Below, one piece after another: positions 49,766-57,691 of a stretch of DNA of 64,000 nucleotides; within the stretch, counting starts at the first letter, position 1; every line of letters starts with the position of its first letter. Source of the DNA: Lachnospiraceae bacterium (GTDB lineage Bacteria; Bacillota; Clostridia; Lachnospirales; Lachnospiraceae). Both the position numbers and the translations under genes were made by a program. The notes under the pieces were generated by a model. The model was not told the DNA's origin, did not search any database, and saw nothing but the letters and a program-made list of their open reading frames with translations. The stretch is from positions 4,788 to 68,787 of the forward strand of contig JAFYYN010000013.1 in assembly GCA_017557525.1 (NCBI GenBank), written 5' to 3'.

Positions 49766-49802
49766 AGACAAGCGGTATTATATGTACTGCTTGTCTCTTT
49801 TT
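49766..49802 (+). terminator. rho-independent terminator-like hairpin
   Basis: AGACAAGC-15 nt-GCTTGTCT followed by CTTTTT. It begins 3 nt after the -10 box. Confidence 0.6.
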
Positions 49803-49834
49803 AAATATGTCCTACGAAGATTAAGGAGCAGCGT

Positions 49835-50947
49835 ATGGCAGAGATAAGGATAGTTTCTATAAGAAAAATAAAGATTGGATCAAAAGTCCAGTGTGATATA
49901 TATTCCAAGGACGGGGCACTCATCTTAAAGAAGGGAAACATCATGACGGAGTATGTCATGCAAAAGCTGGAGGCTTTGGGTGTTACGCGTGTACTGGTTG
50001 AGGCAGGTACTGTCGAGCTGATCGAGGAAGAACCGAAAGTTCCCAAGGATGATGGTCTGCCCAAGGATAATATAGATAAGTACAGTGACACTTTCGTCCT
50101 GAAAAAAGAGTTTGAACAGGGCAAGGATGCTCTTTTAAACAAGGATGTTGACGGTTCCCACGATGTAGCACTTTCCATAGCCGGAAAGCTTATGACCTCG
50201 GGAAGTGTAAAAAAAGAGCTTGAAGAGCTTAAGTACGGTACTGAGGGCGTGGTTACCCACAGCCTTAACACGGCAGTGCTTGCGGGTGCTATCGGCATAG
50301 AAAACGAGCTGCCAAAGGAAGAAATAGAGCAGCTGGTTGTCGGAGGTATGCTCCACGATATCGGAAAGCTCTATATTGATCCTGCAGTATTAAATAAAAA
50401 AGGCAGACTTACGGATAAAGAATACGAGATAATGAAGACCCACGCCGAGGAGGGCTATAAAAAGCTCTGCGATAACAAGGGCGTGACACAGCATATAAGG
50501 CTGATGGCGTTCCAGCACCATGAAAATAATGACGGTACAGGTTATCCCAAGAGATTAAAGGGTGATCAGATCTTATTTGAGGCCCGCATTATCCATGTGG
50601 TAGACGTATACGAGGCAATGACCGCAAAGCGCTGCTACAAGGATTCTCTGCTCTCAGGCGATGTCATGGAATTTGTAATGGGTCGGTACGCCACCATGTT
50701 TGACACAAGGGCTATGGATATGTTTTTAAGGACCATTCCAGCATACAGAAAAGGCGATCTGGTAAGATTATCAGATGGCACAAAATGCCAGGTTCTGGAG
50801 AGCAACCCCAAAAACAGCCTGAGGCCTCTGGTAGTGCTGCTTGACTCGATGAAGGTAGTTGATCTTTATACAGACAGGGCATACCTTTCAAAGACTATAA
50901 CAGAGTTTATCTCCAAAGAGGGAGATATTGTACGACACGAAAACTAA
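49835..50947 (+). CDS. HD-GYP domain protein (probable c-di-GMP phosphodiesterase)
   Basis: GGMLHDIGK and HHENNDGTGYPKRL motifs. TAAGGAG RBS. Confidence 0.88.
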   Translation: MAEIRIVSIRKIKIGSKVQCDIYSKDGALILKKGNIMTEYVMQKLEALGVTRVLVEAGTVELIEEEPKVPKDDGLPKDNIDKYSDTFVLKKEFEQGKDALLNKDVDGSHDVALSIAGKLMTSGSVKKELEELKYGTEGVVTHSLNTAVLAGAIGIENELPKEEIEQLVVGGMLHDIGKLYIDPAVLNKKGRLTDKEYEIMKTHAEEGYKKLCDNKGVTQHIRLMAFQHHENNDGTGYPKRLKGDQILFEARIIHVVDVYEAMTAKRCYKDSLLSGDVMEFVMGRYATMFDTRAMDMFLRTIPAYRKGDLVRLSDGTKCQVLESNPKNSLRPLVVLLDSMKVVDLYTDRAYLSKTITEFISKEGDIVRHEN

Positions 50948-50998
50948 CTTAGTATTTTTGTCTGAATAGTACCAAAATAAAGGAGTGGAGGGACAGGC

Positions 50999-52636
50999 AT
51001 GAGAAAAAAGCAGGCAATCATAGCTATATGTTTGATCGTTAGCATCTTTTGTTTAAGCGGTTGCGACAACAAAATCGAGAGTGATGTCAAGACAGCAGTA
51101 TCTGAACCTGCTGTAATACAGACATTTGATATCTTAGATGTTTTAGATGCCGAAGCTCAGGCTGTGTCAGCTAAGCGCCCCGGTATTGAAACAAAGTTTT
51201 TTGAAAGCTGGAATGATGCTGTAGAATATATTGGTATTGTTCCCTGGAACCCATTTGAGAAAGCCGACTGGCTTGAAAAAATGAATTGTACGGGTGCCGA
51301 TATAAAGGATCCTGATACCGGGGTTCTTAATCACTGCTATTTAAGCACATATGGTTCTGATGACGGGGACGCAGGGTATGCTTCTTTACAGACAGGGTAT
51401 GCCTTTGGAAAGATCAGGGTAGTTATTATCGATTATATTTCCGCAAGTAATTTCAGCGATAACCTGGATCAGTACGCCATGATCAAATACTATAATCTAT
51501 ACAAAGAAAACGGTAATATTCTGGCTCGTGAATGTACCGGGGAGAGTCAGGATTATAATTGCGTAGTAGGAGTACTGAACAGTGAGTCAGCTGTTTCTGT
51601 AAGGATAAAGCTCTATAAGAATAATGAGATAAAATATGAAATAAGTATTGTAAGCCTGGAAACAAAAGAAGATCTTAAAGCTCCTTTTAACAGGATATGT
51701 ACTGAGCTGTGCATTCCGCTTGAATACGATACTGTAATGAAAGAGACTGCCGAGAAAAAAGAATCAGAAGATCTTGAGGATGAAAATACAGTATACGTGC
51801 CTAAAACAGAAATAGATATGATCCCTGTCGAAACAGACCTTGACGGGTCACACAACGGAAATTTTGTGGTTACGATAGATGGTAAGAAATACAGATATAA
51901 AATGGCTTCCGCACAGAACGAAAGCATAACTGCCGGAGATTTGGTATATAAGTGGGAAGATAAGGGTGATACATATAAATTCTATGAAGTAAAAGAATAT
52001 CCCGATCTTAAACGTCTCAAATGTGTACATACAGAAAATGGATTTAAACATGATTTTGTAATAATGTATGCAGCTCCCGAAGCGTTACCGGAAGGTACTC
52101 TGGAGGAAATAATAAATGACGGATTTGTCGTAATGAAAAACGGCAGTGTCATATCCGGTGAGGACGAATGGCAGGAGTTTGTTAAAAAGACCGAAATCGG
52201 GGAGACGGCTGAAATAAACATAGCGCATTATTATACTTTAACCGGCAGAATGGCTAAAAACCTTTACGAACTGTCCAAGATGGACTACCCTACGGCATAT
52301 CTGCACAGATTAAAGTATGACGGTAATTGTTTTGTATTTACACCTCTGCAGAAAATAGACGGGAAATACGAAATTATGCCGGATAACGAAAACGACCGGG
52401 AACAGACCTATAAGTATATGAAACATTATACAGAAAAAGCACCCAGTGATACTGCTTTATTTACTACTTTTGATAAATATGTTCTGGTTAATGATGATAC
52501 AGTAACCTGGGAAGACATCTGGAATGCAACAATAGGTATTACTGAGGGATTTTGGCATACAGAAGTGTATAACAAGTACGACTATAAAGACGGTGCCAAT
52601 CCCGAGAAACTGATAACGGTTGATATAGATTATTAA
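50999..52636 (+). CDS. lipoprotein, unknown function
   Basis: Lipobox FCLSGCDNK, 545 aa, GGAGTGGAGGG RBS. No motif recognised. Confidence 0.6.
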   Translation: MRKKQAIIAICLIVSIFCLSGCDNKIESDVKTAVSEPAVIQTFDILDVLDAEAQAVSAKRPGIETKFFESWNDAVEYIGIVPWNPFEKADWLEKMNCTGADIKDPDTGVLNHCYLSTYGSDDGDAGYASLQTGYAFGKIRVVIIDYISASNFSDNLDQYAMIKYYNLYKENGNILARECTGESQDYNCVVGVLNSESAVSVRIKLYKNNEIKYEISIVSLETKEDLKAPFNRICTELCIPLEYDTVMKETAEKKESEDLEDENTVYVPKTEIDMIPVETDLDGSHNGNFVVTIDGKKYRYKMASAQNESITAGDLVYKWEDKGDTYKFYEVKEYPDLKRLKCVHTENGFKHDFVIMYAAPEALPEGTLEEIINDGFVVMKNGSVISGEDEWQEFVKKTEIGETAEINIAHYYTLTGRMAKNLYELSKMDYPTAYLHRLKYDGNCFVFTPLQKIDGKYEIMPDNENDREQTYKYMKHYTEKAPSDTALFTTFDKYVLVNDDTVTWEDIWNATIGITEGFWHTEVYNKYDYKDGANPEKLITVDIDY

Positions 52637-52761
52637 TGACCAGGAAAGCCTGCTTATTAATATAAAAAAGACTTGACCTTATTGGATATAAAAAACATAA
52701 TAGGGGAAAGGTAATCTTAGAGGGAAGGCATCAAAGAGATGCCTTGTGAAAGAAAGTAAGA

Positions 52762-53046
52762 ATGGATACGATAATAACGATTTTATTTATTTTCCTCCTG
52801 GTATGCGCGGTAGCGGCAAGCATAGCGAAGGATTCGCTGGTCTGCATAGTGCTTTTCAGTGCTTACAGCCTGGTGATGGCTATCATTTGGATAGTCATGG
52901 AGTCCCCTGATCTTGCCATCACAGAGGCAGCAGTAGGAGCGGGCGTCACCGGCATACTGTTCTATGCCACACTAAAGAGGATAGACCAGATAGATATGCA
53001 GGCCGGGACCAAGGAAGTAACAACAACCAGGAAACTACGAAAGTAA
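52762..53046 (+). CDS. Mrp-like complex small subunit (DUF4040 / MbhD / MrpA C-terminal-like)
   Basis: 94 aa with three TM helices. SPDLAITEAAVGAGVTGILF is typical of this family. Confidence 0.75.
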   Translation: MDTIITILFIFLLVCAVAASIAKDSLVCIVLFSAYSLVMAIIWIVMESPDLAITEAAVGAGVTGILFYATLKRIDQIDMQAGTKEVTTTRKLRK

Positions 53047-53064
53047 CTGACTGATGAGGTGTTT
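53047..53064 (+). repeat. tail of the CTGACTGATGAGGTG family
   Basis: CTGACTGATGAGGTGTTT is identical over 18 nt to 57661-57678 and starts right after the TAA stop. Confidence 0.8.
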
Positions 53065-53077
53065 GCAAGGTACTACA

Positions 53078-53968
53078 ATGAATAAGAATAAAAAAATTAA
53101 CTCAGTTAAGCCACGGAGTAAAAATACTTCCGGCGGAAATTCCCCGATCCCTTCCGGAGTGGCAAAAAAACTGCGCTCCGTCTATCGTGTGGCTGCAGCA
53201 GTCATGATAGTACTCATGTTTGTACTGTTGGCTACGGCAATGCTCGGGATGCCCGAGATAGGGGACAAAAATAATCCAGACAACAACGAAGTTGCCCGAA
53301 GATATATTGAAAACGGACTGGACGAAACCGGTGCTGTCAATATTGTTTCGGGCATGATTCTTGATTACAGGGCTTTTGATACCTTTGGCGAGTCCTGTGT
53401 TCTTTTTGTTGCAACCATCTGCGTGACCATCATGCTGCGGATCGACGGCAGGGGCGGAGAAGGCGATGACGAGGAAGCGGAGAGTGATAAAAAGGCATTC
53501 GGTATCAGGCAGTCAGCCTTCGCAAAGCTTGACTCGCGAAACTTTGAGCCGGAAAATGATACCATACTCAAAAAAAGTTCGCTGATCGTATTTCCGATAA
53601 TAATGGTATTTGGAGTATACGTAATACTAAACGGCCACATCTCACCCGGCGGAGGCTTCTCCGGCGGAGCAATACTCGGAGCAGGCTTTGTACTGTTCCT
53701 TTCAGCCTTTGGTTTTAATAAGACTGAGCGTTTCATGAATGCAAATACCGTAAGGATCATAACACTGATCGCGCTGCTTGTTTACTGCCTTTCAAAGTGT
53801 TATTCATTCTTTACCGGTGCAAACCACTTAGAGTCAGGTATACCGCTCGGCACACCCGGAGCCATCCTTTCAAGCGGCCTTATCCTGGTACTAAATATCT
53901 GCGTAGGCATGGTAGTAGCCTGCACAATGTATAGTTTCTATGCACTTGTAAGACGAGGAAGAATATAA
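53078..53968 (+). CDS. Mrp-like complex subunit B (MnhB domain)
   Basis: GAVNIVSGMILDYRAFDTFGESCVLF is the MnhB signature. Basic hydrophilic N-terminus. Confidence 0.8.
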   Translation: MNKNKKINSVKPRSKNTSGGNSPIPSGVAKKLRSVYRVAAAVMIVLMFVLLATAMLGMPEIGDKNNPDNNEVARRYIENGLDETGAVNIVSGMILDYRAFDTFGESCVLFVATICVTIMLRIDGRGGEGDDEEAESDKKAFGIRQSAFAKLDSRNFEPENDTILKKSSLIVFPIIMVFGVYVILNGHISPGGGFSGGAILGAGFVLFLSAFGFNKTERFMNANTVRIITLIALLVYCLSKCYSFFTGANHLESGIPLGTPGAILSSGLILVLNICVGMVVACTMYSFYALVRRGRI

Positions 53969-53969
53969 A

Positions 53970-54353
53970 ATGTGGAATTTAATACGTGAGCACCTGAACG
54001 ATTTGGTAGCGGTAGCCCTGTTTGTCATAGGCTTTGGCGACCTGCTCTTTCAGAAAAACATGATAAAAAAGATAATAGGGCTGAATATCATGGATACGGC
54101 AGTATATCTGCTCCTGGCATCCCAGGGCTACATTGAGGGCAGGAAAGCCCCGATAGTGGTTGACGGAGTAAGGGACGCATCGGCATATATCAACCCGATA
54201 CCGAGCGGACTTGTCCTTACCGGCATCGTAGTGTCTGTGAGCGTTACAGCTCTTTTACTGTCGCTCACTATCAGGATGTATAAAAAATATCACTCGCTGG
54301 ATCTTGATTACTGCCTGATGATGGCTAGACGTGAGGATCACAGCGCCGGGTGA
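53970..54353 (+). CDS. Mrp-like complex subunit C (NuoK-like)
   Basis: 127 aa with three TM helices. IIGLNIMDTAVYLLLAS is typical of MnhC/NuoK. Confidence 0.8.
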   Translation: MWNLIREHLNDLVAVALFVIGFGDLLFQKNMIKKIIGLNIMDTAVYLLLASQGYIEGRKAPIVVDGVRDASAYINPIPSGLVLTGIVVSVSVTALLLSLTIRMYKKYHSLDLDYCLMMARREDHSAG

Positions 54354-54425
54354 GGCGCTTGTCAGCTGCACTGACAGTTTCCATTAACGATAATAAGAAA
54401 TATGAGAAAAGAGGTTTGTAAATAA

Positions 54426-56090
54426 ATGGAATTCGTTAGGAACTTCCCGTTTTTCTCGATAATGCTCTGCATGTTCTGTGCCATCATCTGTTCGGTACTG
54501 CGGCGCAAGGCAGCTCAGTATTTTACAATGATCGTATTGCTAGCAGTGATGGCTTTGTCGGGGGTGCTCCTTTATTTTACATATAAAACCGGTGGAAGCT
54601 TTGTTTATTATATGGGCCATTTCCCGGCACCATGGGGAAATGAGATAAGAGGAGGATGCTTAGAGGCAATATTTGCCTACTTTATAAGCACGGTAGCATT
54701 CCTTTCGGTACTTGCGGGAGGCAAGGCCATAGAATATGACATAGAGGACAAAAAGGAAAATCTCTTCTTCATCCTCGTGTGCCTTATGACAAGCTCTCTG
54801 CTCGCCATGTGCTATACAAACGACTTGTTTACCGGATACGTATTCATAGAAATAAATACCATAGCCGGCTGCGGACTCATTATGGTAAGACAGATAGGAA
54901 AATCCATAGTCACTGCTATAAGGTATATGGTTATCAGTATGCTTGGTTCCGGTCTTTTCCTGATCGGTGTAACCCTGCTGTACACACTTACCGGACACCT
55001 TTTGATGTCTAATATACAGGAATCTGTAGCAGCTCTTAGCGGGAACGGGGACTACGGGATGCAGCTTACCATCGTTATAGGACTGATGACTGTGGGCATT
55101 GCCATAAAAGCGGGACTTTTCCCATTCCACCTCTGGATACCGGACGCATACGGACAGTCAAATGTAGTATCAAGCTCACTGCTTTCGAGCACAGTTTCAA
55201 AAGGCTATATTTTCCTGCTTATAAAGGTTTATTTTAGGACCATAGGTCTTGACGCGATAGAAAACAGCGGCGTGCTCTATGTATGTTTCTCGCTGGGCAT
55301 AGTTGCCATGATCTTAGGATCCGTGCTTGCGCTGCATGAAAAGAGCTTCCGGCGTATGATCGCCTTTTCATCCATAGCCCAGATAGGCTACATATTCATG
55401 GGCATTGGCATAGGCACGAAGGAAGCGGTTACTGCGGCAATATTCCATATATTTGCGCACGGACTTACCAAATCACTGCTGTTCCTTTCCTCATCGGAGT
55501 TTACCGAGGGCTCGCATTCAAAATCCATAGACCAGTTAAAGGGCTTAGGGCATAAATACAGGTACTCGGCACTTTGCTACAGTATCGGAGCCTTCTCAAT
55601 AGTCGGCTTTCCATTGCTTGGAGGTTTTATATCAAAGCTGCTTCTGGGCGGAGCTGCCATCGGTCACGGACCAATGCAGTGGATAGCGCTGCTTGCGCTC
55701 GCGATCAGTACGATATTAAACGCGGTTTATTTCTTAAGGACAGTTGTGTATCTGTACATACCGAAGGAGCATATTGCTGAGACTGATGATACAGCAGAGT
55801 TAAAGGATTTAGCAATCGGAAATAACATATCCGGGAGAAATATTAAAAATACCTTCAAGAAACATATAGCCGAAAATAAAGATGCTGATACGTTAGATAT
55901 TGAAACATCGAACAATAAAAATATACATGCAGGTCACGATAAAGAGGAAATGCTCAATTTACTCCCCGGCATGCACTGCCCGAGATTTGTTATCGGCATA
56001 ACAGCACTCGTGATTTTAAATTTTGTTCTAGGACTATGCTCAGGCCCGATAATTGATATAATAAAACAGGGACTTGATGTATTTGACTGA
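54426..56090 (+). CDS. antiporter-like subunit (MrpD/NuoN/NuoM family), copy 1
   Basis: Proton-conducting membrane transporter pattern (GLFPFHLWIPDAYG, SSIAQIGYIF, HGLTKSLLFL). Hydrophilic insert before the last TM. Confidence 0.85.
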   Translation: MEFVRNFPFFSIMLCMFCAIICSVLRRKAAQYFTMIVLLAVMALSGVLLYFTYKTGGSFVYYMGHFPAPWGNEIRGGCLEAIFAYFISTVAFLSVLAGGKAIEYDIEDKKENLFFILVCLMTSSLLAMCYTNDLFTGYVFIEINTIAGCGLIMVRQIGKSIVTAIRYMVISMLGSGLFLIGVTLLYTLTGHLLMSNIQESVAALSGNGDYGMQLTIVIGLMTVGIAIKAGLFPFHLWIPDAYGQSNVVSSSLLSSTVSKGYIFLLIKVYFRTIGLDAIENSGVLYVCFSLGIVAMILGSVLALHEKSFRRMIAFSSIAQIGYIFMGIGIGTKEAVTAAIFHIFAHGLTKSLLFLSSSEFTEGSHSKSIDQLKGLGHKYRYSALCYSIGAFSIVGFPLLGGFISKLLLGGAAIGHGPMQWIALLALAISTILNAVYFLRTVVYLYIPKEHIAETDDTAELKDLAIGNNISGRNIKNTFKKHIAENKDADTLDIETSNNKNIHAGHDKEEMLNLLPGMHCPRFVIGITALVILNFVLGLCSGPIIDIIKQGLDVFD

Positions 56091-56096
56091 TGAGGG
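56085..56096 (+). repeat. tail fragment of the CTGACTGATGAGGTG family overlapping a stop codon
   Basis: In GACTGATGAGGG, the TGA at 56088-56090 is the stop of the preceding gene. Confidence 0.5.
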
Positions 56097-56128
56097 ATTA
56101 CATTTCATAGATTTTTTAGGAGGCATAT

Positions 56129-57598
56129 ATGGCTGTGCTCTTAATCTCCATCCTTTTGCCGATACTGGGTGGAGTAATATTACTAACAGTAAAAAAATTT
56201 GAAGATAGAAAGCTGAGAAACCTGTTTACAGGTTTCTGGCTCATTTTGTCCGCTGCGGTAACCCTGGCTACCGTATTCTGCGCGGACGGAACACTGACAC
56301 TGTTCAGGCTTACCGAAAACGCGGTGGTTTCACTAAAAGCAGACGGACTTACCAGATTCTTCTCGGTACTAATGAGCCTTATGTGGACTCTGGTAGGTTT
56401 CTACGCCTTTGACTATATGAAGCACGAAGAGCATGAGAGAAGATTCTTCGGCTTCTACATGATAGTTATGGGAGTCCTTACAGGCATATATATGTCTGCA
56501 AATCTGCTGACTCTCTATCTTTTCTATGAGCTGATGACACTTACATCACTTCCGCTTGTATTACATTCACTTACAAAGGAAGCGATATCGGCAGGAAAGA
56601 AATACCTGTTTTATTCAGTCGGAGGTGCGTTCCTTTCACTGATAGCGATCTTTTACATATACACAAACTGCAATACCGCCGATTTCACAGCAGGAGGTTT
56701 TATCGGAGAGGTGGCAGAGGGCGACAAGGGAATGCTGCTTGTATTTATATTCCTTGCAATCATCGGCTTTGGCTGTAAAGCAGGTCTTTTCCCATTACAG
56801 GACTGGCTGCCTACCGCACATCCCGTAGCACCTTCACCTGCATCGGCTGTTCTTTCGGGTCTTATTACAAAATCCGGCGTATTTGTACTGATCAGACTTA
56901 TATATTTCAGCATCGGAGCTGATTTTATCCGTGGCACATGGGTACAGTACAGCTGGATGATACTTGCACTTCTTACAGTATTCCTCGGCTCCATGATGGC
57001 ATATACCGAAAAGGTGATGAAAAAGCGTTTTGCTTACTCTACAGTAAGTCAGGTTTCATACGTACTTTTCGGACTTTCACTGCTTAACAGCACAGGATTT
57101 ACCGGAGCCTTAATGCATGTTGTATTCCACTCTGTGATAAAGGACGGCTTATTCCTTGTAGCAGGAGCTATAATAGTACATACGGGCATAAAGAACGTGG
57201 ACGGACTACGCGGGATAGCAAAGAAAATGCCTACAGTCATCTGGTGCTATACATTCTTTGCGCTAGCGCTCGTAGGCATACCGCCGGCAAGCGGTTTTGT
57301 GAGCAAGTGGTATCTGTGCCTGGGAGCATTGGAGGGAGATATAGGAGCGCTTAGATTCATAGGACCCGCCGTGCTGCTTATAAGCGCGCTGCTTACTGCA
57401 GGATACCTGTTACCAATCACAATACACGGTTTCTTCCCGGGGAATGATTTTGATTATTCTACCTGTAAGAAATGCAAGGTATCGCCGCTGATGATAGTAC
57501 CGCTTATCATTCTGGCTGTAGCAGCAGTAGGCTTCGGACTTTTCCCGGATATTGTAACGAATGGAATTGAAGCAATAAAGACCGGTCTATTTTTATAA
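56129..57598 (+). CDS. antiporter-like subunit (MrpD/NuoM family), copy 2
   Basis: GLFPLQDWLPTAHPVAPSPASAVLSG, STVSQVSYVLFGL and HSVIKDGLFL. Confidence 0.85.
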   Translation: MAVLLISILLPILGGVILLTVKKFEDRKLRNLFTGFWLILSAAVTLATVFCADGTLTLFRLTENAVVSLKADGLTRFFSVLMSLMWTLVGFYAFDYMKHEEHERRFFGFYMIVMGVLTGIYMSANLLTLYLFYELMTLTSLPLVLHSLTKEAISAGKKYLFYSVGGAFLSLIAIFYIYTNCNTADFTAGGFIGEVAEGDKGMLLVFIFLAIIGFGCKAGLFPLQDWLPTAHPVAPSPASAVLSGLITKSGVFVLIRLIYFSIGADFIRGTWVQYSWMILALLTVFLGSMMAYTEKVMKKRFAYSTVSQVSYVLFGLSLLNSTGFTGALMHVVFHSVIKDGLFLVAGAIIVHTGIKNVDGLRGIAKKMPTVIWCYTFFALALVGIPPASGFVSKWYLCLGALEGDIGALRFIGPAVLLISALLTAGYLLPITIHGFFPGNDFDYSTCKKCKVSPLMIVPLIILAVAAVGFGLFPDIVTNGIEAIKTGLFL

Positions 57599-57619
57599 TG
57601 ATTGATTATTACGTGTCTC

Positions 57620-57680
57620 TATAAAGGCTTCCCCTTCGAAGGGAAGCTGTCAGCAAAAGGCTGACTGATGAGGTGTTTAT
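57620..57680 (+). repeat. intergenic structured repeat (CTGACTGATGAGGTG family), full short form
   Basis: TATAAAGGCTTCCCCTTCGAAGGGAAGC, then T-GTCAGC-aaaag-GCTGAC, then TGATGAGGTGTTTAT. Confidence 0.9.
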
Positions 57681-57691
57681 AGGAGGCAACT

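Noticed and set aside
54348-54378. GGGTGAGGCGCTT-GTCAG-ctgca-CTGAC as an eleventh copy of the CTGACTGATGAGGTG family.
   Set aside because: The module order is reversed relative to the other copies (GGTGAGG before the hairpin) and the similarity is short. It is kept only as a doubtful relative.
57661-57675. The CUGAUGA in the repeat tail looks like the hammerhead ribozyme core.
   Set aside because: The sequence after CTGATGAG does not form a stem II hairpin followed by GAAA in any copy I checked (57661, 29268, 53047). One long copy has CGGATGAG instead of CTGATGAG. No consistent cleavage-site helix is present.
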